Positions 9,515-17,690 of a stretch of 64,000 nucleotides of DNA are shown in pieces. The stretch is from an uncultured Spirochaetota bacterium (GTDB lineage Bacteria; Spirochaetota; Spirochaetia; SZUA-6; Fen-1364), in NCBI GenBank assembly GCA_963781885.1, contig CAWAHW010000007.1, positions 1-64,000 of the forward strand. The letters run 5' to 3'. The notes below the pieces were generated by a model that was not told where the DNA came from, ran no database searches, and saw only the letters and a list, made by a program, of their open reading frames with translations. The first letter of the stretch is position 1. Every line of letters starts with the position of its first letter. The translations under genes and the position numbers were made by a program.

Positions 9515-10381
9515 TCAGCCGATCGGCCGGCCTCCGAATGAGATCTCCGGTACATCGCTCAATGGCAGCACGAGCGCCGGCGCGGCCATCGGCTGTGCCC
9601 CCTCGATCGGGATGACCGCGGTGCCCACGGCGAAGAACTCGATGACGTGCGCGCCCCACCCATGGCTTCCTTCGATCATGTGCATGCCCACGATTCCGCG
9701 TGCCGCAAGGTCGCGCGCCTCGGCCTGCATGCGCTCCATTGCCAGCTCGCGCGAATCATAGAGACCCTGCGTATAGTCCTTCATCTCGACGTTCTGCCCG
9801 GCCTGCCGCAGGAGCTTGCCGAGGCTCTGGACCGCGATCCAGTAGACGCAGTTTCCCATGACCAGGCCCACGGGCCGATATCCCGACTTCAGGAGCGTCC
9901 ACAGCTCCTGCCCCGACAGGTCGGACGTGAAGGGCATGTTTTTCGCGTTGCGCCAGGGCTTGCCGTCCCGGGCCTTGATGGCGGTGCCCACGGCCACGAA
10001 CTCGGCGATGCTTTCCCCCCATTCCCGGTAGCGGATCTCCAGCCGCACACCGACGACGCCGTCGGCGCCCAGCGCGTTCGCCTCCTCCTCCATCCTGAGC
10101 ATGGCAAGCTCGCGCGCGTGGTACATCACCTGGGTCAGCACCGTCATCTCCTGGTTCTTCGTCACGGATGCGGAGAAGGATTGATGCCCGATGTGGTAGA
10201 TCGAGCTGCCGACGACCAATCCCAGCGGCTCGAATCCCGCCTCTTTCACCAGCAGAAACTCGTTGATGGAAAGATCGCTCGTGAAGAGAGCGCCCTTGCC
10301 CGCCTCTCCCTTCATCTCCTTGAGACGCTTCAGAGCATCAGCGGGAATGTCGGCTGTTTCGGGTGTGGGGTTGGTTGACAT
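9515..10381 (-). CDS. YbjQ/UPF0145 (heavy-metal-binding domain) protein with two domains
   Basis: Duplicated FTSDLS...G..P.GLV.G...ARELAM.RM..EA..LGA.G.VG...EF.AVGTA modules and an AGGAGG RBS. Confidence 0.88.
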   Translation of the reverse strand: MSTNPTPETADIPADALKRLKEMKGEAGKGALFTSDLSINEFLLVKEAGFEPLGLVVGSSIYHIGHQSFSASVTKNQEMTVLTQVMYHARELAMLRMEEEANALGADGVVGVRLEIRYREWGESIAEFVAVGTAIKARDGKPWRNAKNMPFTSDLSGQELWTLLKSGYRPVGLVMGNCVYWIAVQSLGKLLRQAGQNVEMKDYTQGLYDSRELAMERMQAEARDLAARGIVGMHMIEGSHGWGAHVIEFFAVGTAVIPIEGAQPMAAPALVLPLSDVPEISFGGRPIG

Positions 10382-10401
10382 GACGACCTCCTTTGGGTTA
10401 T

Positions 10402-10514
10402 GCGCCGCGGCAGTCCGCGGCGGCTCCGAATCCGCGGTTTACCGCGGTGCATCGAATCCGCGGCGTACCGCGGCGATATCCGCGGCGCATCGAATCCGCG
10501 GCGTACCGCGGCGC
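10402..10514. repeat. REP-like palindromic cluster of nine CCGCGG hexamers
   Basis: Mostly AAT-CCGCGG-N4-CCGCGG units joined by 6-11 nt linkers; intergenic. Confidence 0.85.
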
Positions 10515-10516
10515 AT

Positions 10517-10915
10517 TCATTCCGTCACAAAACGTTTCAAGGCCGTCCGGGCCTCGACGCTGCGCTCCGCTTCCTCCGCCAAAGCCGCGGCAAGCTCGTC
10601 GATCCACTGTGCAAGTGTTTTTTGTTCGCTCCGGAGGGCAATGCCGCGCACGATCTTCACGCGTTCCACCTTCAGGCTGTCGCCGGAGCCGCGCTCGATG
10701 CGGAAGCTCGATTCGTCAAAGCGCACGGTGACGAGCCGAATGGGATGTTGCCGTTTCAGCACTCCCCCCGAGCGTTCGACGGCGGTATGACGCGGCAGGA
10801 TGTCCAACAGGAGGCGCGCGACCAGCTCGAGGAAGGCTTCCTCATCCGCACTCTCTTCGTGAAGTGTGCGGGCAAGCACCGCAATCCTGACTGCCGCGCC
10901 GTCGGCTTCCTGCAA
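10517..10915 (-). CDS. Hypothetical protein
   Basis: 132 aa, TTG start after a GAGGAGG RBS, VRGIALR..L.QW...L motif. Probably co-transcribed with the YbjQ-like gene. Confidence 0.75.
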   Translation of the reverse strand: MQEADGAAVRIAVLARTLHEESADEEAFLELVARLLLDILPRHTAVERSGGVLKRQHPIRLVTVRFDESSFRIERGSGDSLKVERVKIVRGIALRSEQKTLAQWIDELAAALAEEAERSVEARTALKRFVTE

Positions 10916-10948
10916 GGGACCTCCTCTCCGCGCTGATTCCCGTTAGCG

Positions 10949-10977
10949 ATAGTAGTCGCCGCGGATGGTGCCGTCAA
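10949..10977 (-). promoter_or_regulatory. Sigma70-type promoter
   Basis: TTGACG-N17-TACTAT on the minus strand upstream of the gene starting at 10915. Confidence 0.6.
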
Positions 10978-11097
10978 GCAAACTTCATCATGGGCGGACT
11001 GGCGCTCCGGGAGCTCCCGCTCCCTCTTTTTTGCCAACCCTTCGAAGCATTTCCCGGCATGGGCCGGTTCGTGCGGAAAGGCAAGCAGGGAACCGGC

Positions 11098-11856
11098 TCA
11101 GCCGCCCAGGACCGCGAACATCGCCTTCTTTATCTCTTCGATGCGCGGCGCGGACATGCGAAAGGCCGGAGCGGTGACGCTCACGGCCGCGACGACGCGC
11201 CCGGTCATGTCGCGAAAAGGCATGGCAATGCAGACGACCCCGTTCCTGAACTCCTCGAGATCCACTGCATAGCCCTCCGTGCGGATGACGGCGAGCGCCT
11301 TGCGGAGCTTCGCAGCGCTGGAGATCGACTTCGTCGTGTAGGTTGCAAGCGTCGCCTTTGGCGGAAACAGCCCGTCGAGCTGCCCGGGGTCCAGATGCGC
11401 AAGGAGCACCTTGCCGAGCGCCGTGCAGTGGGCGAAGAGCTTCGTGCCGATCTGGATGTCGGTTTTCAGCACCTGGGGGCTGTCGATCTTCGCGATGTAG
11501 GCGATCTCCTTCATGTCCTGGTCCAGGACCGCGAGATTGATCGTCTCGCTGGTGGCAGCCGCGAGCCCCTCCAGCTTCTCCATCGCCTCCTTCATGACGT
11601 TGCTCTGGTTCTGGTAGACGCATCCCAGCTCGAAAGCCTTCAGCCCCAGCCTGTACTTGCCGCGCTCGAGGGCCTGGTCGACGTAGCCGCGATTCTTCAG
11701 CACGGAGACTGTCCGGTGGATCGTGCTCACCTTCTTGTGCAGGAGCCTCGCGATTTCCGAAATCCCGACTTCGCGTTTTTCCGCGGAGAATATCTCCAGG
11801 ACGTTCAGGGCGACGTCGATCGACGTCTGTTTGGGTCTTCTGGCCGCAGGCTTCAT
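11098..11856 (-). CDS. IclR-family transcriptional regulator
   Basis: N-terminal HTH (GISEIARLL...STIHR), HCTALGKVLLA and GYAVD.EE...GVVCIA motifs. Start uncertain (11856 or 11901). Confidence 0.92.
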   Translation of the reverse strand: MKPAARRPKQTSIDVALNVLEIFSAEKREVGISEIARLLHKKVSTIHRTVSVLKNRGYVDQALERGKYRLGLKAFELGCVYQNQSNVMKEAMEKLEGLAAATSETINLAVLDQDMKEIAYIAKIDSPQVLKTDIQIGTKLFAHCTALGKVLLAHLDPGQLDGLFPPKATLATYTTKSISSAAKLRKALAVIRTEGYAVDLEEFRNGVVCIAMPFRDMTGRVVAAVSVTAPAFRMSAPRIEEIKKAMFAVLGG

Positions 11857-12166
11857 CCGATTATCGCGGGGCGGCAGGGAGCCGCAGATCCGCTGGATCA
11901 CCGTCAGACATGCGCAGCCTTGGATTCAACCGCCGGGCGAGCCCCCTCATGGTCTGACAATACTTCACCTTCAGGCGCGCCCCGTCAACCCCGGGGTCGG
12001 ACTCCTGCTTGCAGCAGCACGGCGCGGAAACCCTGGCAGCCGTCGGGAAACGCGATGGGGACGTGGGCAGGTCGTCGAGACTGCGCCCCGGCGGATCATG
12101 CTTCTCCCCCAAGTCGTGGCTTGCGGCACCGTGCCGCCGGGCTGCGCCGTCACGACCCCCGCGGAC

Positions 12167-13060
12167 TTACCGCGCCAGGGCGCCGAGTGCCATCGAGTAG
12201 AGCTTGTTGCGCACCGAGTCGCTGCGGGAGGCGAGCACGATGGGCGATCGCGCCCCCATGACGATCCCCGCTTCCTCCGCCTTCGCGAAGAATATCAGCG
12301 CCTTGTAGAGGATATTCGCCGCCTCGATGTTCGGGGCGACGAGGATGTCGGCCTTGCCCGCAAGCTCGCTCATGATGCCCTTGTGACGTGCAGCCTCCAC
12401 GCTCACCGCGTTGTCCAGCGCGAGGGGACCTTCGACGCGCGCGCCGCGAATGGCCCCCCGCTCCGCCATCTTCGCAAGACAGGCGGCATCCACCGTGGCC
12501 GGCATGTCGGGATTCACCGTCTCGATCGCGCAGAGGATGGCCACGATGGGCAGGGGGATTCCCAGCCGGTGCGCGAGGTCCACCGCGTTCTGCACGATGT
12601 CGATCTTTTGCGCATAGTCGGGTGCGATGCTGAGGGCCGCATCGGTGACGAAATAGAATCGATCCGACTCCTCGAACTTGAACACGCCGACGTGCGAAAG
12701 CGTGCGGCCCGTGGTGAGACCATTCGACTTGGAGAGTACCGCCCGCAGGAGGTCGGCGCTTTGCAGGAGGCCCTTTACCAGGATGTCCCCGTCCCCGCGG
12801 GCAACGCAGCGGACGGCCTCTGCCGCGGCGTCGGCGCGGGTCTGTGTTTCCACGAACTCGCAGCCGGCAAGCGACACGCCCCGCGCGCGTGCCGCCTCCT
12901 CGATCTCTCGGCGTATCCCCACCAGGAGGGCAGCGGCGAATCCCCGCTCGTGCGCCTCGGCAAGCGCCTCCAAGATCGTGTCGTCCGCCGCCTGGGCGAC
13001 GACAAAGCGCGCGCGGCCCGCCTTCACGGCTGCATCGAGAATATCGGCAAAGCTGTTCAT
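12167..13060 (-). CDS. ptb: Phosphate butyryltransferase / phosphate acetyltransferase family
   Basis: ILVKG, TDAALSIAP, GPLALDNAVS..AA..KG, ADILVAPNIEAANILYK and PIVLASRSDS motifs. Confidence 0.88.
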   Translation of the reverse strand: MNSFADILDAAVKAGRARFVVAQAADDTILEALAEAHERGFAAALLVGIRREIEEAARARGVSLAGCEFVETQTRADAAAEAVRCVARGDGDILVKGLLQSADLLRAVLSKSNGLTTGRTLSHVGVFKFEESDRFYFVTDAALSIAPDYAQKIDIVQNAVDLAHRLGIPLPIVAILCAIETVNPDMPATVDAACLAKMAERGAIRGARVEGPLALDNAVSVEAARHKGIMSELAGKADILVAPNIEAANILYKALIFFAKAEEAGIVMGARSPIVLASRSDSVRNKLYSMALGALAR

Positions 13061-13077
13061 GGCTGCTCCCGGGATCG

Positions 13078-13086
13078 ATTATACCA
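13078..13086 (-). promoter_or_regulatory. Extended -10 promoter of ptb
   Basis: TGGTATAAT on the minus strand, 18 nt upstream of the ptb ATG. Confidence 0.6.
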
Positions 13087-13090
13087 TGCC

Positions 13091-13220
13091 CGGCGCCCCA
13101 ATCCGCGGCGTACCGCGGCGCCCCAATCCGCGGACTACCGCGGCGCCCCAATCCGCGGACTACCGCGGCGCCCCAATCCGCGGACTACCGCGGCGCCCCA
13201 ATCGCGGCGTACCGCGGCGC
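13091..13220. repeat. Tandem 25-bp REP-like palindromic repeat, five copies
   Basis: Unit CGCCCCAAT-CCGCGG-(ACTA/CGTA)-CCGCGG, sharing its core with the cluster at 10402-10514. Confidence 0.9.
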
Positions 13221-13225
13221 GAAGA

Positions 13226-13255
13226 CAAAAATAAAGCCGGCAATTGCCGGCTTTA
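13226..13255 (-). terminator. Intrinsic terminator
   Basis: Perfect 24-bp palindrome TAAAGCCGGCAATTGCCGGCTTTA (13232-13255) followed by TTTTT on the minus strand. Confidence 0.75.
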
Positions 13256-13336
13256 AAGGAATCCGTTCGAGCGGCTGCACGAGGCAGTTTCGTGAGCGGA
13301 TTCAATGTGCGTACGAGGAACATGTCCTTCGTACAA
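13226..13336 (-). ncRNA. Candidate ~110-nt small RNA of unknown family
   Basis: Bounded by TTGACG-N17-TATCTT (13370-13342) and the terminator above. Two internal stems: GTACGA..TCGTAC and GAATCCG..CGGATTC. Confidence 0.5.
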
Positions 13337-13448
13337 TGAAAAAGATACCCCCGGGAAGGCTCGCCGTCAATGCGCTTCCGGGCCGCCCCACGCCCCGTCA
13401 CGGTTTCATAAGCTGACATGCGGGATTCACTCATGATACGATCACCTC

Positions 13449-14423
13449 ATGTACCTATTGAGGTACGCGTGGACGCGTGTATGCATCGCGCTCTATTGTT
13501 CCATCTCCGTGCTGCTTGCTTCGATTGAAATCTCCGGAACACAGGCGACGGGCACACCGGGGTCGTTTCGGCCTTTCCTTGTCGCGATGATCCTCCTCCC
13601 GCTGCATTTCGCCATTTACGCTGTTCTCCTGAGCGCGCGGAAGGAGGCCTTTTTCCGCAGGGCATTCCTTCCGGCATCGGGCATCGCGGTTGCCGGCATC
13701 CTTGCGGCAGGGCTCGTCGTCGATCCCGACTTCCTCCGCACTGTTTTCCATACGCTCGCCGCCCTGTACATCATCTTTCTTTATCGAAAGGATCTATTTC
13801 CCTGGAGCCGTGGAGCGCGGGCGAACACGAGGTTCTTGTTCTGGTTCTCACTTCTCATGGCGGCGGCAGGCTTCCTCTGGGTCATCGTCTATGGTTTTTA
13901 CGGTCTCGTTCTGCGGACATCGGGTGCCGAGAGCTGGATGATCTTCAACCTCTACACGATCGGCATTCTCATTATCGGGTTGAACGCAATCATGCACACG
14001 CGCCAGGCACTCTTCACGCGGGTCCTCGTGACCCCCGTCTCCCTCGAAGTGGACGGACGCGATTGCACGATGCTCCTGGGACGCAAAGACCTCCTGCTTC
14101 TGCGCATTTTCATCCAGGAGCCCGGGCGCCGCGCAACCTGCGCGCGCATCGTCTCAGGGCTTGATTCCGGAGACGAAGTGGCTGGAAAGCAAACGGGGGC
14201 CCGCTGCCATATGTGCATCGTGGAGAAGCACAAAGCGACACTCTGTCCGAGCTATCGGCGAGTATACAATCAGATTCTCAAGGTCAAAAAGATACTCGAG
14301 ACAATGGATATCGGGACGATTGTTCCTCCGAAGAACAAGATGAACGTCACCGCGGACGGGTGGGTGCTTCGTATATTCGAAAACGTCCAACTGCGATATC
14401 AGGCGAATGCAACCGTCGCGTGA
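13449..14423 (+). CDS. Multi-pass membrane protein with a C-terminal Cys-containing putative DNA-binding domain
   Basis: About six hydrophobic segments, then a winged-helix-like region with C-x2-C-x9-C. Confidence 0.7.
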   Translation: MYLLRYAWTRVCIALYCSISVLLASIEISGTQATGTPGSFRPFLVAMILLPLHFAIYAVLLSARKEAFFRRAFLPASGIAVAGILAAGLVVDPDFLRTVFHTLAALYIIFLYRKDLFPWSRGARANTRFLFWFSLLMAAAGFLWVIVYGFYGLVLRTSGAESWMIFNLYTIGILIIGLNAIMHTRQALFTRVLVTPVSLEVDGRDCTMLLGRKDLLLLRIFIQEPGRRATCARIVSGLDSGDEVAGKQTGARCHMCIVEKHKATLCPSYRRVYNQILKVKKILETMDIGTIVPPKNKMNVTADGWVLRIFENVQLRYQANATVA

Positions 14424-14654
14424 GCCCGCCGGCGCGCGCGCCGAAGGAAATTCGTGCGGCTTGCCGATCAAAACTACATATGTAGTCATCTGCCAAATCT
14501 GAAAAAAAGCGCGTGATAAGGTTGTGATGGGGTAGTCAGAGGGCGGCCTGCGCGTTTCCGCGAGGGTCCTCAAAGTCCGTCCATCCAAAGAAGTCCGCCT
14601 TGGACAATTCCCCCGGCTGAGCGCCTTTGAGATCACTCCGCGGGGAGGCAGACC

Positions 14655-16751
14655 ATGAAGTTTTTGCCGAAACTTTCCTGGAGCATCTTTCTCCTGACAC
14701 TCGCGGCCGCAGCGGCCGCGGCGCAATCGGCAACCATGGCTGCTTCGGCGATTCCCCTGACGCTTCAATTGCAGCCCGCGGTAGATATCCCCATCGGGAC
14801 GAACAGCGACCTGTACACCGTGGGGGGCGCGGTTGACGTCAGCGTCGAATACCGTTTTCCTGGCTCTCTTTTCTCTTTCATGGGAGGCGCGGAATATTGC
14901 TATACTCCGACCCAAGGAGCCCAATCCCTTTCCCTTTCCGCCGCGCGTCTGGGGGCAGGCGTCCATCTGCCGATCTCTCAGGTTTTTAGTCTGTATGCCA
15001 ACGCCGCCGCCGGGTACTACTTTGCAACGTTCAATGACCTGTCCTTGTGGGATACCTATCCCTATCTTTCAGCCGGGCTCGGCTTGCAGTTTCAGTTCGG
15101 CCCCTGGTTCGCGCTGACGGCAGGCGCGCAGTACAAGGCCTACCTGGGGCTGTGGCAGGGCTTGAGCGCCGGAATCGGCACCTCGATTGGTCTCGGCAAG
15201 CAAAGCGCGGGGCCTGCCAGGGGCCCGGGGCAGGGGACGACGCCAAAGATCGAGTTTCTGTCGACATTCGCACCCGCCTACCCGGTGTTCTACAAATATT
15301 ACGACGACCACCCGATTGGCATGCTGCATATCAGCAATCACCTCGGGGTCCCGATTTCAAACATCAAAGTGCAGTTCTTCATCAAAGAGTACATGGACGA
15401 GCAAAAGGAAGTCACCCTCCCGGGCCCCCTCGCTTCTGAATCCAGCGCGGACGTCGGCATTTTTGCCCTGTTCACGGATACGATCCTCAACATCACGGAA
15501 GGCACAAAATCAGCCGCATCGCTGGTCATCTCCTACGAGGCCAACGGACAGACCTATGAAGAGAAAAAAATCGAAACCGTGGACGTCCTGGGCCGAAACG
15601 CAATGACCTGGGACGATAATCGGAAGGCCGCCGCCTACGTCACCTCCAAGGACCCTGCCGTGCTCCAGTTCGCGCGAAGCTTTACGAGCAAAATCCGTCA
15701 GGCGGAGACGCGCTCGATCGACGAAAACCTCCAGGCGGCGATCGCGCTCCATGAGGCGCTCGATCTCTTTGGTCTGGATTACGTGCCCAATCCCATCACG
15801 CCCTATTCCCAGGCATCCGCGAAAAAGGACGTGATCGATTTCCTGCAGTTTCCCCGCGAGACCCTGCAGTACAAGGCGGGCGATTGCAGCGACATCTCGA
15901 TTCTCTACTGCGCCCTGCTGCAGGCGGTCGGGATCGATACCGCCTTCATCACGATACCGGGCCACATCTTTGTCGCGGTGAGTACGTCTCTCACACCCGA
16001 TCAGGCAGGCGACGCCCTGATTCCCGCGAGCGAGTTCATCGCCTACAAGGGCAAGGTCTGGATCCCGGTGGAAATCACGCTGCGCCACAAGGGTTTCCTC
16101 AAGGCGTGGGAGCTCGGTGCCAAGGAGTGGAATGAGAACAGCCCCACGGGTCAGGCGGGCTTCTATCCGGTGCAAGACGCATGGCTGGCGTATCAACCCG
16201 TCGGCTTGCCGGGCGTGTCCGCCGCGGTCCAGGCGCCGACGATAGACCAGGTCCTGTCAGCGTATCAGGCCGAAGCGCAACGATACGTGGATTCTTCGAT
16301 CGCCCCGCAGGTCGCGAGGCTGCAAGCCGAGATCCAGTCGTCGGGGAGCGTATCCGCGATGAACAAGATCGGCGTGATCTACGCAAAGTTCGGTCAACAA
16401 GGCAAAGCGGAGGAGCAATTCAAGGCCGCCCTCGCGAAAGCGGACTACCTGCCGGCAATGCTCAATCTCGGGAATCTCTATTTCATCCAGGAGAACTGGA
16501 GCGAAGCCATTTCTTATTATCAGCGGGCCCTCGCAAAGGACCCGGAGAGCTCTCATGCTCTTCTTGCCATTGCCAAGGTGGACCAACAGCTGGGGAACTT
16601 CGGTGACATGACGCTGAAGTACAATCAGGTGAAACAGATTGATCCCGTGCTTGCCGCGCAGTTCGCGTACCTGAGCGGCGGCACGGAAACGGGTGGCCGG
16701 GCCGCCGATATCGCGACGGAACGCGGCAGCGTAATCTGGGAAAGTGATTGA
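14655..16751 (+). CDS. Outer-membrane beta-barrel / transglutaminase-like / TPR protein
   Basis: Signal peptide, alternating beta-strand N-terminus, GDCSD...PGHIF...WIPVE catalytic-type motifs and C-terminal TPRs. Confidence 0.8.
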   Translation: MKFLPKLSWSIFLLTLAAAAAAAQSATMAASAIPLTLQLQPAVDIPIGTNSDLYTVGGAVDVSVEYRFPGSLFSFMGGAEYCYTPTQGAQSLSLSAARLGAGVHLPISQVFSLYANAAAGYYFATFNDLSLWDTYPYLSAGLGLQFQFGPWFALTAGAQYKAYLGLWQGLSAGIGTSIGLGKQSAGPARGPGQGTTPKIEFLSTFAPAYPVFYKYYDDHPIGMLHISNHLGVPISNIKVQFFIKEYMDEQKEVTLPGPLASESSADVGIFALFTDTILNITEGTKSAASLVISYEANGQTYEEKKIETVDVLGRNAMTWDDNRKAAAYVTSKDPAVLQFARSFTSKIRQAETRSIDENLQAAIALHEALDLFGLDYVPNPITPYSQASAKKDVIDFLQFPRETLQYKAGDCSDISILYCALLQAVGIDTAFITIPGHIFVAVSTSLTPDQAGDALIPASEFIAYKGKVWIPVEITLRHKGFLKAWELGAKEWNENSPTGQAGFYPVQDAWLAYQPVGLPGVSAAVQAPTIDQVLSAYQAEAQRYVDSSIAPQVARLQAEIQSSGSVSAMNKIGVIYAKFGQQGKAEEQFKAALAKADYLPAMLNLGNLYFIQENWSEAISYYQRALAKDPESSHALLAIAKVDQQLGNFGDMTLKYNQVKQIDPVLAAQFAYLSGGTETGGRAADIATERGSVIWESD

Positions 16752-16754
16752 GCC

Positions 16755-17679
16755 ATGGCGCGACCCGCCGAGGCGCCTCCGCCGTCGATCATGATCGCGT
16801 CCTGGTTGTTGCTCCTGACGTTCCTCGCCGTCGGCAGTCTCGGCGCGCAGGAAGCAGTCGTTGCCTACATCGACGGCCAGGCGGAGACTCTGCAAGGCAC
16901 GGCCTGGGGCGCCCTGGCCATAGGCGACGCCATGGGCCTTGACGCGGCAGTCCGTCTAGGCCGCGCTTCTTTTCTGGAGCTTTCCGCGAGTGGAACGACC
17001 ATTGCCCTGAGTCAGCCCGGCACGTACGTGGTGGGAAATCTCCTTGCCGCCTCCGCGAAGCTGCGCGCCGGCGGCATCGGAAGCACCCTTTCGACCGCGC
17101 TTTCGTATCTCATCAAGGGCTCGGGCCGGACCCAGAGCTCCATCATGGGCGCTCGCGGCGCGAATGAGGGCAAGTCCGACGACAGTGCGTGGGTCACGAG
17201 CGTCGGCAGGCTCTACCGGGACGAAGGCAAGGATGACATCGCAAGCGGACAATACCCGAAAGCAATCAACAGACTGCAGCAGGCGCTCGACGAGGCCTCG
17301 GATGACGAAACGCCGGAAATCAAGTACCTGCTCGCTTCCGCATACAATCTGAACGGCGATACGCGCAATTCCCTGAAAGAGGCCTCCGAAATCACACCGA
17401 CCGGGGGGGAGTCGTGGTCGTCGGATTTCGTTCTTCTCAAAGCCAAGCTCCTGATCGATACAAACGCATTCGAACAGGCAGTCCAGCTCCTCACGCGGGA
17501 CGGGGCATCGCTCGCGCACGACGCGCAGCGGGCACAACTCTACTTCTTTGTCCTTGCACTCGGCTATCGAGGCATCGGGGACTCGGCGAACGAGCAGGCG
17601 GCGCTCGACAAAGGCGATTGTGATTGCCCCCGCGAGCGACGTGGGCAACGCGGGGGCGGCGCTGGCGAAGAATCTCTAG
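16755..17679 (+). CDS. FecR-like / TPR exported protein (apparent 1-nt insertion at ~17611)
   Basis: VVAYIDG..W..L.IGD FecR-like start, MGARG motif and TPR helices. Removing one A from GACAAAGGCG gives DKAIVIAPASDVG...NL-stop at 17679, followed by an RBS and ATG at 17691. Confidence 0.7.
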
Positions 17680-17690
17680 AGGGAGAAACG

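Noticed and set aside
13091-13220. Tandem palindromes as a mini-CRISPR array
   Set aside because: The linkers are identical and only 9 nt long, so there are no unique spacers.
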